Positions 35,219-46,459 of a stretch of 64,000 nt of DNA are shown here, piece by piece (position 1 is the stretch's first letter; each line of letters starts with the position of its first letter). The translations under genes and the position numbers were made by a program. The notes beneath the pieces are model-generated. The model made no database searches and was not told where the DNA came from. It was given only the letters and a program-made list of their open reading frames with translations. This DNA comes from Culturomica sp. (GTDB lineage: Bacteria > Bacteroidota > Bacteroidia > Bacteroidales > Marinifilaceae): contig JAISVB010000075.1 of the NCBI GenBank assembly GCA_031271755.1, positions 14,955 to 78,954 on the forward strand. Reading direction: 5' to 3'.

Positions 35219-37735
35219 ATGGATAAGACGTATACACAAGAAGAGGCGTATCAGAGTTCGTTGGACTATTTTCGGGGAGATGAATTGGCCGCCCGGGTTT
35301 GGGTGAGCAAATATGCCCTGAAAGATTCGTCCGGTACTATTTTTGAAAAAAATCCGAATGACATGCACCGGCGATTGGCGAAGGAGATTGCCCGGATAGA
35401 GAACACATACCCCTGTCCCCTGAGCGAGGAGGAGATCTTTGAGGTATTGCGGGATTTCCGGTACATTGTCCCCCAGGGAGGGCCGATGACCGGTATTGGG
35501 AATAATTTCCAGATCGCCTCCTTGTCCAACTGTTTTGTGATCGGGAACGAGGGGCCTTCGGATTCGTACGGCGGAGTGATGAAGATTGACCAGGAACAGG
35601 TGCAACTGATGAAGCGAAGAGGAGGAGTTGGCCATGATTTATCCCATATTCGCCCAAAGGGTTCTCCCGTGAAAAATTCCGCCCTGACTTCTACCGGCCT
35701 TGTCCCCTTCATGGAGCGTTACTCCAACTCCACCCGGGAAGTGGCGCAGGACGGCCGGAGAGGAGCTTTGATGCTGAGCGTATCCGTCAATCATCCCGAT
35801 GCCGAACGTTTCATCGACGCCAAGATGTCGGAAGGCAAAGTGACGGGAGCGAACATATCCGTTAAAATCGACGACGAGTTTATGCGGGCGGTGGTGGATA
35901 GCCGGGAGTATGAACAAAAATACCCGGTATACTCCGACCACCCGACCGTGCAGAAGACGATCGAGGCCCGGTACCTTTGGAATAAGATCGTACACAATGC
36001 CTGGAAATCGGCGGAGCCGGGTATTCTGTTCTGGGACACCATTCTCCGGGAGAGTGTCCCCGACTGTTATGCGGATTTGGGCTTCCGTACCGTATCCACC
36101 AATCCCTGCGGAGAGATCCCGCTTTGTCCCTACGACTCCTGCCGCCTGTTGGCCATCAACCTCTATTCATACGTAAAACATCCGTTCACCAAAGAGGTCG
36201 GATTTGACTTCCCTCTTTTCAAGCAGCATGTAGGGATCGCCCAGCGCCTGATGGACGATATCATCGATCTGGAGTTGGAAAAGATCGATACGATATTGGA
36301 GAAGATCGAGTCCGATCCGGAAGACGATGAGGTAAAGGGAGTGGAGGTACAACTGTGGCAAAAGATCCGGAAAAAAGCCAAAGAGGGGAGGCGTACCGGC
36401 GTCGGCATTACGGCCGAGGGGGATATGCTGGCGGCTCTTGGGCTGCGGTACGGCAGCGAGGAGGCGATCGATTTCGCCGTAAAGATACAGAAAATCCTGG
36501 CGGTAGAGGCGTACCGTTCCTCCGTGCACTTAGCGAAGGATCGGGGGAGTTTTAAAATTTACGATGCCAAACGGGAAGAGCACAATCCTTACATCAACCG
36601 TCTGCGGAATGCCGATCCGGAGATGTACGACGAAATGGTGAAATACGGCCGCCGCAACATTGCCTGCCTCACCATCGCCCCCACCGGGACTACCAGCCTG
36701 ATGACGCAGACCACCTCCGGTATCGAACCGGTATTTATGCCGGTGTACAAAAGAAGGCGGAAGGTCAATCCCAGCGACGGGAATGTGCGGGTCGATTTTG
36801 TGGATGAATCCGGCGACAGTTTCGAGGAGTTCGTTGTATTCCACCACAAGTTTGCGGATTGGATGCAGGTGAACGGGTACGATACCGCCAAGCGCTATTC
36901 GGACGAAGAGATCGACCGGTTGGTGGAACAATCTCCTTACTACAAAGCGACATCGAACGATATCGATTGGGTGGCCAAGGTGCGGATGCAGGGCATGATC
37001 CAGAAATGGGTGGACCACTCCATCAGCGTGACGGTCAACCTGCCTTCGGAAGTGAGCGAAGAGTTGGTGGGACAGTTGTATGTGGAGGCGTGGAAAAGCG
37101 GTTGCAAGGGATGTACCGTATACCGGGAAGGCTCCCGTTCCGGCGTGTTGATCTCCGCGAAGGAGAAAAAAGAGCACGGGATGGTGGAGATGCCTTCCAA
37201 GCGTCCGGCGGAGTTGGATGCGGAGGTAGTGCGCTTTCAGAATAACAAAGAGAAATGGATCGCTTTTGTTGGTTTGTATAAGGGACAGCCCTACGAAATC
37301 TTTACCGGTATTGCCGATGACGAGGAGGGGATCATGCTGCCGAAATCGGTGACGAACGGAAAGATCGTAAAGCAGTATGATGCGGAAGGGAACTCCCGGT
37401 ATGATTTTCAATTTTGTAACAAGCGGGGATTTAAGACGACTGTGGAGGGGCTTTCCTATAAGTTTGACAAAGAGTATTGGAATTACGCCAAGCTGATATC
37501 CGGGGTGTTGCGTTACGGCATGCCCCTGCCGCAAGTTATTGCGTTGGTCGGGACTATGGAGTTTGACAACGAAAACATCAATACCTGGAAAAACGGGGTG
37601 GAACGGGCGCTGAAAAAATACATCCCCGACGGGACGGAAGCGGCCGGAGAGATGTGTGAACATTGCGGTTCTCCGGTGATATATCAGGAAGGATGTCTCA
37701 CCTGTACCTCTTGCGGGATTTCCAAATGCGGTTGA
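35219..37735 (+). CDS. nrdJ: Ribonucleotide reductase large chain, monomeric class II (adenosylcobalamin-dependent) type with a C-terminal Cys4 zinc ribbon
   Basis: The active-site loop is STNPCGEIPLCPYDSC. Size is 838 aa. No adjacent beta (NrdB) or activase gene is present. The C-terminus is CEHCGSPV...CLTCTSCG. The class assignment is inferred. Confidence 0.8.
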   Translation: MDKTYTQEEAYQSSLDYFRGDELAARVWVSKYALKDSSGTIFEKNPNDMHRRLAKEIARIENTYPCPLSEEEIFEVLRDFRYIVPQGGPMTGIGNNFQIASLSNCFVIGNEGPSDSYGGVMKIDQEQVQLMKRRGGVGHDLSHIRPKGSPVKNSALTSTGLVPFMERYSNSTREVAQDGRRGALMLSVSVNHPDAERFIDAKMSEGKVTGANISVKIDDEFMRAVVDSREYEQKYPVYSDHPTVQKTIEARYLWNKIVHNAWKSAEPGILFWDTILRESVPDCYADLGFRTVSTNPCGEIPLCPYDSCRLLAINLYSYVKHPFTKEVGFDFPLFKQHVGIAQRLMDDIIDLELEKIDTILEKIESDPEDDEVKGVEVQLWQKIRKKAKEGRRTGVGITAEGDMLAALGLRYGSEEAIDFAVKIQKILAVEAYRSSVHLAKDRGSFKIYDAKREEHNPYINRLRNADPEMYDEMVKYGRRNIACLTIAPTGTTSLMTQTTSGIEPVFMPVYKRRRKVNPSDGNVRVDFVDESGDSFEEFVVFHHKFADWMQVNGYDTAKRYSDEEIDRLVEQSPYYKATSNDIDWVAKVRMQGMIQKWVDHSISVTVNLPSEVSEELVGQLYVEAWKSGCKGCTVYREGSRSGVLISAKEKKEHGMVEMPSKRPAELDAEVVRFQNNKEKWIAFVGLYKGQPYEIFTGIADDEEGIMLPKSVTNGKIVKQYDAEGNSRYDFQFCNKRGFKTTVEGLSYKFDKEYWNYAKLISGVLRYGMPLPQVIALVGTMEFDNENINTWKNGVERALKKYIPDGTEAAGEMCEHCGSPVIYQEGCLTCTSCGISKCG

Positions 37736-37757
37736 CGGGCGTGAAAAATCAGACGGC

Positions 37758-38699
37758 ATGCAGATCCATCACGGCATAGAACAGCTCTCTCTTCTCCGGC
37801 CGGTGGTCACTATCGGGAGTTTTGACGGTGTGCACAGAGGGCACGTGCAGGTGATCCGGAGTTTGAACGCATTTGCGGCGGAGACCGGCGGCGAATCGGC
37901 CATCCTCAGTTTTGATCCGCACCCGCGGGAGGTGCTCTATCCCTTGGAAAAGCGTCCCGGGATCCTGACAACATTGCCCGAAAAGGCTGCGCTTCTGACG
38001 GGGTATGGGGTGGATCATTTGGTTTTGTTACACTTTACCCGGGAGTTGGCGGATATGAATTATGCCGACTTTATCCGACGGATCTTGGTGGATAAGATCG
38101 GTCTGAAAGGGTGGGTAGTGGGGTACGACCACCGTTTCGGCAAGAATCGGGAAGGAAATTTCGACGCCGTGCAGGAGTTGGCCGGCCGGTACGATTTTTC
38201 CATCCGGAGAGAAGATGCCTGTACGGCGGGCGATGTGCAGATCAGTTCTACCAAGATCCGCACTGCTCTGGAACGGGGGGAAATCTCCCTGGCCAACGAG
38301 ATGCTGGGTTACGACTATCCGCTTTCCGGAACGGTTGTACACGGCGATCAATTGGGGCGGCGGATCGGTTTCCCGACGGCCAACCTGCAAACGGACGATG
38401 AGCGCAAACAGTTGCCTGCTTTGGGCGTATATGCTGTGAAAGCCGTCGTTGACGGTGTGGAGTACAAGGGGCTGCTGAACATCGGTGTTCGCCCGACGGT
38501 CTGCTATTCCGGCGAGATCCGCCCGGAGGTTCATCTGCTGGATTTTGCCGGTTCCCTGTACGGTAAACAACTTGTTGTCCGGTTGGTAAGCAGGTTACGC
38601 CAGGAACAGCGTTTTGCCGGTCTGGACGATCTGTCCCGCCAATTGGCAAAGGACGAACAACAGGCCCGCTCCTGGTTCGCCCGGAATGGGGCTGTCTAA
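37758..38699 (+). CDS. ribF: Bifunctional riboflavin kinase / FMN adenylyltransferase
   Basis: The adenylyltransferase motif is VVTIGSFDGVHRGH. The kinase domain is GRRIGFPTANL...GVY. Confidence 0.9.
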   Translation: MQIHHGIEQLSLLRPVVTIGSFDGVHRGHVQVIRSLNAFAAETGGESAILSFDPHPREVLYPLEKRPGILTTLPEKAALLTGYGVDHLVLLHFTRELADMNYADFIRRILVDKIGLKGWVVGYDHRFGKNREGNFDAVQELAGRYDFSIRREDACTAGDVQISSTKIRTALERGEISLANEMLGYDYPLSGTVVHGDQLGRRIGFPTANLQTDDERKQLPALGVYAVKAVVDGVEYKGLLNIGVRPTVCYSGEIRPEVHLLDFAGSLYGKQLVVRLVSRLRQEQRFAGLDDLSRQLAKDEQQARSWFARNGAV

Positions 38700-38730
38700 A
38701 AAGTGAAATTTAAGCAGCCTCTTCTCTTCT

Positions 38731-40275
38731 TCAGATCCGGCGAAGCAGGTCGCCGAGGTCTGTTTTTTCTTTCAGAAGGGCGTACAGGCGGTCGATGGGC
38801 ACCCGTTCCTGTTCCATGGTGTCGCGGTAGCGGATGGTGACTGCGTTGTCCTCTAACGACCGGTGGTCGACGGTGATGCAGAAGGGAGTTCCGATGGCGT
38901 CCTGTCGGCGGTAGCGTTTGCCGATGGAGTCTTTTTCGTCGTACTGGCAATTGAAGTCGTATTTCAGCATCTCCAGGATCTCCTGCGCTTTTTCCGGCAA
39001 TCCCTCTTTTTTCACTAACGGCATAACGGCCATCTTTACCGGCGCCAGAGCCGGCGGTAATTTGAGCACCACCCGCGAATCCTGTTTTCCGTCCTTGCTC
39101 AAATCTTCTTCGCAGTAAGAAGCGGAGAGGATTTGCAGGAACATCCGGTCTACTCCGATGGAAGTTTCCACCACATAAGGGATGTATGATTCGTTCAATT
39201 CCGTGTCGAAATACTGTATTTTCTTTCCGGAATATTTTTGGTGCTGGGAGAGGTCGAAATCCGTCCGGGAGTGTATCCCTTCCACCTCCTTAAAGCCAAA
39301 AGGGAAGCGGTATTCGATGTCGCAGGCGGCATTGGCGTAGTGCGCCAGTTTTTCGTGGTCGTGGAAGCGGTAATTTTCGCTGCCGAATCCCAACAACCGG
39401 TGCCATTTCATGCGGCTCTCTTTCCAACGGGCAAACCATTCGAGTTCGGATCCGGGGCGTACAAAAAACTGCATCTCCATCTGCTCGAATTCCCGCATGC
39501 GGAAAATAAACTGCCGGGCGACGATTTCGTTCCGGAATGCTTTTCCGATCTGGGCGATCCCGAACGGGATCTTCATCCGCCCTGTTTTCTGGACATTCAG
39601 GAAATTGACAAAGATCCCCTGGGCTGTTTCGGGACGGAGGTAGATTTTGCTGGCTCCTTCGGCCGTCGATCCCATCTCCGTGGCGAACATCAGGTTAAAC
39701 TGCCGTACTTCGGTCCAGTTTGCCGTACCGCATACCGGGCATACGATCTTGTAGTCCAGAATGATCTGGCGGAGATCTTCCAGGTCGTTGTCATTCAATG
39801 CTTTTGCCATCCGTTCGGTCAGCTTTGCTTTTTGCGCTGCGTACTCCTGCACTTGCGGGTTGGTTTGCACAAACAGGGCTTCGTCGAACTTCTCCCCGAA
39901 GCGTTTTTGCGCTTTGGAGACCTCTTTTTCGATCTTCTCTTCGTACCTGGCGATCTGTTCTTCGATCAATACATCAGCCCGGTATCTTTTCTTGGAATCT
40001 TTGTTGTCGATCAGGGGGTCGTTGAACGCATCCACGTGGCCGGAGGCTTTCCAGACGGTCGGGTGCATGAAGATGGCGGAGTCGATCCCGACGATATTCC
40101 GGTGCAAGCGAGTCATGGAGTCCCACCAGTATTTCTTGATGTTGTTTTTCAGCTCTACTCCGTACTGTCCGTAATCGTAGACGGCTCCCAGTCCGTCGTA
40201 CAGGTCCGACGACGGGAATACATATCCGTACTCTTTGCAGTGCGCGACTAATTTTTTAAAAAGGTCTTCGGCCAT
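38731..40275 (-). CDS. glyQS: Glycine--tRNA ligase (alpha2 homodimeric type)
   Basis: The N-terminus YGYVFPSSDLYDGLGAVYDYGQYGVELKNNIK, class II motifs and a C-terminal anticodon-binding domain are present. Size is 514 aa. Confidence 0.95.
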   Translation of the reverse strand: MAEDLFKKLVAHCKEYGYVFPSSDLYDGLGAVYDYGQYGVELKNNIKKYWWDSMTRLHRNIVGIDSAIFMHPTVWKASGHVDAFNDPLIDNKDSKKRYRADVLIEEQIARYEEKIEKEVSKAQKRFGEKFDEALFVQTNPQVQEYAAQKAKLTERMAKALNDNDLEDLRQIILDYKIVCPVCGTANWTEVRQFNLMFATEMGSTAEGASKIYLRPETAQGIFVNFLNVQKTGRMKIPFGIAQIGKAFRNEIVARQFIFRMREFEQMEMQFFVRPGSELEWFARWKESRMKWHRLLGFGSENYRFHDHEKLAHYANAACDIEYRFPFGFKEVEGIHSRTDFDLSQHQKYSGKKIQYFDTELNESYIPYVVETSIGVDRMFLQILSASYCEEDLSKDGKQDSRVVLKLPPALAPVKMAVMPLVKKEGLPEKAQEILEMLKYDFNCQYDEKDSIGKRYRRQDAIGTPFCITVDHRSLEDNAVTIRYRDTMEQERVPIDRLYALLKEKTDLGDLLRRI

Positions 40276-40317
40276 ACTTGTTTGTTGTCAGAAGTGAATA
40301 AACGGCGGAAGGAAGAC

Positions 40318-42012
40318 TCAATCGTCCGTTCCGATCTCTTTGATGGATTCGGTTATGTTGATGGCGTAATCCCCGATCTTTTCGCACTCCGAGAACATAT
40401 CCATGTAGATGATGCCGATGGGGTAGTTGTACCGTTTTTCTTCAATGGCGATCAGGTGCTCCTGTCGCAGGATGGTGCGGTAGTCGTTGATAGCCCGTTC
40501 CAGTTCGTATGCCTTTTTGGCATTTACCTCCCGGCATTCTTTGGCCAGGTTGTCGCACATTACCGACAGCGCTTCGTCCACCAATTTGAACATTTTTTCC
40601 AGCTTGTTCTTCAGTTCTTCCGGGAATACTTCCTGTTGGTTGTTTCGCCGGGAAACGGCTTTTGCCACGTTCAGGGAGGAGTCGGCGATGCTTTCGATCT
40701 CTGTGACGATCTTGAACATGGCGCGGATCCGCTGTGAATTTTCCGTGGAGAGTTTGGATTCGGTTACCTTGGTCAGGTAGTCGGCGATCTCCACCTCTAC
40801 TTTGTCGCTTTCGTCTTCCAGGGTAAACAGCTTGTCGAGGGCTTTTTCAAAATCTTTTACCGGCAGTTCAAATGCTTCTGTTACTTTCCGGAACATATCG
40901 CGGGTATTGCGGCCATACAGGGCGATCTCCTGCTGTGCCTGGAAGAGGGAGGCGTCCGGCGTGGAGAGCAGGCCGATCTTGATGTGTTTTAATTTAAAGG
41001 CTTCGTCGTGATTCTTTTTTTCCGGAATGATTTTTGAAACCAATTTGGCTAAGGGTTTGATAAACCAGATCAGGATACAGACGTTTGTCAGGTTAAATAC
41101 CGTGTGGAACAGCGAGAGCGCCATGGGAACCGCTCCGATATTCGTTGCCGGATCTCCGATCCCCAAAAAGATGCTTAACTGTCCGATGGCGTGCAGGGCG
41201 ACCGGAAAGATGGACATTACCCAGAAAACTCCGAAGAAATTAAAGAAAAAGTGGGCGAAAGCGGCTCTTTTGGCGGTGGTGTTGGCGACCATGGCGGCTA
41301 AGTTGGCGGTGATGGTGGTTCCGATGTTTTCCCCCAACACCATGGAAGCGGCAATTTCAAAGGAGATCCAGCCGTTGGCGCACATCACCAGCGTCAGGGC
41401 CATGGTGGCGGAGGAGGATTGGATCAGAATGGTCAGCAAGGTCCCGATCAGCATAAACAGGACATAGGAGCTGTATCCCATGTCCGTATAGTTTTGCAGG
41501 AAGGTGAATATTTCCGGATTTTTGTCCAAGTCGGGCATGGAGTTTTTCAGGAATTCCAGGCCGATGAACAGCAAACCGAATCCGATGAGGAATTCTCCCC
41601 AGCTTTTGCGGGAACGTTTACCGGAAAACAGCAGCGGAAGCGAGAGCCCGATCAGCGGGAGCGATACTTCCGCCATGCTTATTTTAAAACCGAGGATTGA
41701 GATCAGCCAGGCTGTCATGGTGGTTCCGATGTTGGAGCCCATGATGACGCCGATGGATTCGACCAGATTCAGCAGCCCGGCGTTTACAAAACTGACCACC
41801 ATTACGGTGGTGGCGGAAGAACTCTGAATGATGGCTGTGATCAACATGCCGGTCATTACTCCTTTTACCCGGTTGGAGGTCATGGCGGCGAGGATGTTTC
41901 TCATTTTGGCGCCGGCCACTTTTTGAAGAGCTTCGCTCATCAATTTCATTCCGTACAGGAAGACTCCCAGAGAACCAATGAGTTGTAAGAAATCAAAAAA
42001 ATCGTAATCCAT
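40318..42012 (-). CDS. Na+/phosphate cotransporter family protein with a C-terminal PhoU-like domain
   Basis: Duplicated Na_Pi_cotrans repeats are present (IIQSSSATTVMVV / ILIQSSSATMALT). A helical PhoU-like tail follows. Size is 564 aa. Confidence 0.88.
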   Translation of the reverse strand: MDYDFFDFLQLIGSLGVFLYGMKLMSEALQKVAGAKMRNILAAMTSNRVKGVMTGMLITAIIQSSSATTVMVVSFVNAGLLNLVESIGVIMGSNIGTTMTAWLISILGFKISMAEVSLPLIGLSLPLLFSGKRSRKSWGEFLIGFGLLFIGLEFLKNSMPDLDKNPEIFTFLQNYTDMGYSSYVLFMLIGTLLTILIQSSSATMALTLVMCANGWISFEIAASMVLGENIGTTITANLAAMVANTTAKRAAFAHFFFNFFGVFWVMSIFPVALHAIGQLSIFLGIGDPATNIGAVPMALSLFHTVFNLTNVCILIWFIKPLAKLVSKIIPEKKNHDEAFKLKHIKIGLLSTPDASLFQAQQEIALYGRNTRDMFRKVTEAFELPVKDFEKALDKLFTLEDESDKVEVEIADYLTKVTESKLSTENSQRIRAMFKIVTEIESIADSSLNVAKAVSRRNNQQEVFPEELKNKLEKMFKLVDEALSVMCDNLAKECREVNAKKAYELERAINDYRTILRQEHLIAIEEKRYNYPIGIIYMDMFSECEKIGDYAINITESIKEIGTDD

Positions 42013-42077
42013 TTATGTATCTGTGTTAACTTGTTTTAAGATTGTCGCGCGTAAAAGTATAAAACGGATTAGAAAAT

Positions 42078-42085
42078 CAAAAATA
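42078..42085 (-). promoter_or_regulatory. Candidate -7 box (TATTTTTG) for the Na/Pi transporter gene
   Basis: The minus strand reads GCAATATTTTTGATT, 65 nt upstream of ATG 42012. Confidence 0.35.
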
Positions 42086-42137
42086 TTGCGGGTGTAAAAA
42101 CAGGGGTGGAAATGTTAAATGTGGAGCATGGATACGG

Positions 42138-42164
42138 GAAAAGCCCCCGGAAAGGAGGCTTTTC
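42138..42164 (-). terminator. Hairpin terminator downstream of groEL
   Basis: The plus strand reads GAAAAGCCCCCggaaaGGAGGCTTTTC, a GC-rich stem flanked by A/T runs. It lies 40 nt after the groEL stop. Confidence 0.55.
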
Positions 42165-42203
42165 TTGTATCTGTGCAGTGCTGTACAGCGCCGTGCCGGA
42201 AGA

Positions 42204-44133
<1,930 letters not shown>

Positions 44134-44231
44134 AACTTAAAAATTTATTGGTTTGATGATTGTAATGTTGGTTGTCTGTGCTTTGCATCGGTGCAACGTT
44201 ATTTATTGTGCGAATGTTTCAGCAGGAGGTT

Positions 44232-44249
44232 CTGCACATTGTGTGCCAA
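44232..44249 (-). promoter_or_regulatory. Sigma-54-like -24/-12 element (TTGGCACACAATGTGCAG) upstream of groES; it also contains a 5+5 palindrome
   Basis: On the minus strand, the GG and GC doublets are spaced as in TGGCAC-N5-TTGC, with 2 mismatches at non-invariant positions. It lies about 100 nt upstream of the groES ATG. No TAnnTTTG box occurs in this spacer. Confidence 0.3.
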
Positions 44250-44260
44250 ACCCGGCAGGG

Positions 44261-44288
44261 TAAATAAAAATGTCAGTACGACTGACAT
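44261..44288 (-). terminator. Rho-independent terminator of secG
   Basis: The minus strand reads ATGTCAGT-cgt-ACTGACAT followed by TTTTTATTTA. It lies about 40 nt after the secG stop. Confidence 0.65.
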
Positions 44289-44329
44289 ACTGACATTTTT
44301 GTGTGCAATTCCGGTTTGCCCGGTTGCCG

Positions 44330-44725
44330 TTATTCCGATTCCGGAGTGGTTACCGGAGTTACCGGCAGGGCTTCCTGTGTCGCTTCTTCTCCGCTTGTTG
44401 CCGGGGTTCCGGTTCCCGGTGTCGGGAATGTGGGGATTACCTGGTTGGAGGGAGCGTTCAGTATCTGCTCCTGAATGGCGGATCCGTTGTTGTTTGCTTC
44501 ACCGCGCGGAATGACGAAGGCGGTAAAGATGCACAGCACCAACAGGGCGCCGGCTAATGTCCAGGTTGCTTTTTCAAGAAAATCGGTTGTTTTTTTCACT
44601 CCCATGATCTGGTTGGAGGAGGCAAAGGAGGAGGCCAGTCCGCCGCCTTTTGAGTTCTGCACCAGCACGATCAGGATGAGCAGAAAGGATACGATCACAA
44701 TGAGAACAGTAATGGCGATATACAT
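44330..44725 (-). CDS. secG: Preprotein translocase subunit SecG (with a Bacteroidota-type C-terminal extension)
   Basis: MYIAITVLIVIVSFLLILIVLVQNSKGGGL is the SecG signature. A second TM helix and a Pro/Thr-rich tail follow. Confidence 0.85.
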   Translation of the reverse strand: MYIAITVLIVIVSFLLILIVLVQNSKGGGLASSFASSNQIMGVKKTTDFLEKATWTLAGALLVLCIFTAFVIPRGEANNNGSAIQEQILNAPSNQVIPTFPTPGTGTPATSGEEATQEALPVTPVTTPESE

Positions 44726-44727
44726 AA

Positions 44728-45858
44728 TTATTCGTTGTTTTTGGTTTTAGCCTTGATTTTTTCAATACGGTTTGCAAAGTAAACACTTTTTTCCGGATAT
44801 TTCAAACTTAATTTTATATATGTGGCGATGGCTTTTTCGTACAATCCCTGCCGGAGGTATATTTTGGCCAGTGTTTCGGAGAAAAGGTCTTCTTTTTCCC
44901 GGCTGCTCTCTTCGTACAGATCGCCTTCGTCCGCACTTTCCAGTTGGCCTTTCGGCAGGGTCGGTTCTTCCACAATGAAGCGGTCGATCAGGTCTGACTG
45001 CTCTTTTTTGATCTGTGTGTGGGGGGCTTTTTTCTCTGTTTTTGTTTTTTTTAGTTCTCCGGCCAGTTTGCCGAGCGATACGATGTCGTCTTCTCCTTCG
45101 TCTGCTTCTAAACGATACACGTTTCCTATTTCGGGAAAAAATTCCGCCGGGGGTTCCCGGGATGGTTTCTCTTCTTCGATCAGTTCGATGGGGGCGGTGA
45201 AGGAGAGGAAATTGCTGTTGTCGGGAGTTTCATCTGTAAATCCCGGCATGCCGGTTGTATCTGTTTGCAGGTGCGGGACTGTGCTGTGCGGGATGGTTCG
45301 GGGCGCGGAAAGGGGACGGGGTTCCGGGGGGCTCTCCTCTTCGTAATCGTTGATGAGGCCCGGCATGCCGTCCATTTGGATCGGATTGGAAATAACAGGG
45401 AGTTCCGGTTCCCGCGACGGAAGGGCCGGAGGCGGTTGTTTCCGGGTATCTAAGCGGATCATCTCTTCTTCGCTCCCGGCCTCCCCGGAGTGGATCCTGC
45501 TGGCCGGTACGCCGAATGTGTTGACCGGCAGGTATCCGTTTATTTCCCGGATGCGGTCGGTTACGATATCGGTCAGCGAGGCGTCTTTGGGCGGCTGGCC
45601 TGCCGGAGCCAGGTAATCGAATTCCAACAGGTTGTTGAGGTATTTGTACAACTGTTTGTGATCGGCAATGTGGATGGTGTTTTTTTTGAGTTCGCCCCGG
45701 AACCGGGCATTGGCAAAAATGTGCAGCGACCGGAGATAGAGAACCCGGGCGGCCTGAAAGTACGGGTAGCGCTGAATCAGTGCGGCCAGTTCTTTCAGAT
45801 CGTCGTTGCTCATCGCTTGCGGACGGCAGATCAGTTCTATCAATCTTTCGGGCTTCAT
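44728..45858 (-). CDS. Hypothetical protein with a C-terminal TPR-like motif and a Pro/Glu-rich disordered centre
   Basis: It is a clean ORF between the LptE-like gene and secG, with gaps of 17 and 2 nt. The C-terminus LAKIYLRQGLYEKAIATYIKLSLKYPEKSVYF is TPR-like. Confidence 0.65.
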   Translation of the reverse strand: MKPERLIELICRPQAMSNDDLKELAALIQRYPYFQAARVLYLRSLHIFANARFRGELKKNTIHIADHKQLYKYLNNLLEFDYLAPAGQPPKDASLTDIVTDRIREINGYLPVNTFGVPASRIHSGEAGSEEEMIRLDTRKQPPPALPSREPELPVISNPIQMDGMPGLINDYEEESPPEPRPLSAPRTIPHSTVPHLQTDTTGMPGFTDETPDNSNFLSFTAPIELIEEEKPSREPPAEFFPEIGNVYRLEADEGEDDIVSLGKLAGELKKTKTEKKAPHTQIKKEQSDLIDRFIVEEPTLPKGQLESADEGDLYEESSREKEDLFSETLAKIYLRQGLYEKAIATYIKLSLKYPEKSVYFANRIEKIKAKTKNNE

Positions 45859-45875
45859 GCGGTTGTATTGTCCAA

Positions 45876-46448
45876 TTACCAGTTAACTAATGCTTTGTTG
45901 TAGATGTCCTCGATGATCTTTTCCATGATCTCGTTGACATAGGTTCCCTCTTCCGAAGTGAAGTCGGCTTCGATGCTGTAGTCTTTGAAGTGGGAAAAAC
46001 GGCTGTCGAAATCGTATTTGTCGTCTTTGGTGTTGGTGTATTTTACCCGGATCTCGATGGTCAGCCGGTTGTTGGCGGCGACTTCGTCCCGCTGGATGTC
46101 TACCGGTTTCTGGCTGTATCCGACAATTTGTCCTTCGAACCGGATGTCTCCGTTGTTGTCGGTCATTTCCGTTAAGTTGGTGTTGGAAGTGAGGTAGTCT
46201 TTCAGTTTCTGGGTAAATTCGTCGCTTAACGGCGGATAGACCAACAGGGCTTTGTTGGGAAAGTAGTCTACGGAAAAAGTTTTTACTTCGGGTGAGATGG
46301 ACGCGCCGGTCGAGGAGTATTTGATGCCGGCTAATTTGCATCCCCCGAGGAGTAAAACGATCAGCAGCAGGCGGATGGTAAGACCGTAAGATGGTGGGAT
46401 GATGGATTTGATCATGTGGTTTTTTTCTTTGTCGGTTGTGTTATGCAA
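45876..46448 (-). CDS. LptE-like outer-membrane lipoprotein (alternative start at 46415)
   Basis: The signal peptide ends in the lipobox LLLGGC. The size of about 170-190 aa and the beta-rich sequence fit. The position between the sigma-54 activator and secG matches what I recall for Bacteroidota LptE-family genes. The assignment is tentative. Confidence 0.5.
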   Translation of the reverse strand: MHNTTDKEKNHMIKSIIPPSYGLTIRLLLIVLLLGGCKLAGIKYSSTGASISPEVKTFSVDYFPNKALLVYPPLSDEFTQKLKDYLTSNTNLTEMTDNNGDIRFEGQIVGYSQKPVDIQRDEVAANNRLTIEIRVKYTNTKDDKYDFDSRFSHFKDYSIEADFTSEEGTYVNEIMEKIIEDIYNKALVNW

Positions 46449-46459
46449 AGGTAGTTATT

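Noticed and set aside
36530-37759. 409-aa ORF antisense to the RNR gene
   Set aside because: It is the same kind of artefact. It overlaps a well-supported CDS, and it has low-complexity composition with no start context or promoter box.
44134-44260. CIRCE (TTAGCACTC-N9-GAGTGCTAA) operator upstream of groES
   Set aside because: I searched the spacer on both strands. No CIRCE half-sites are present, only short 5-bp palindromes.
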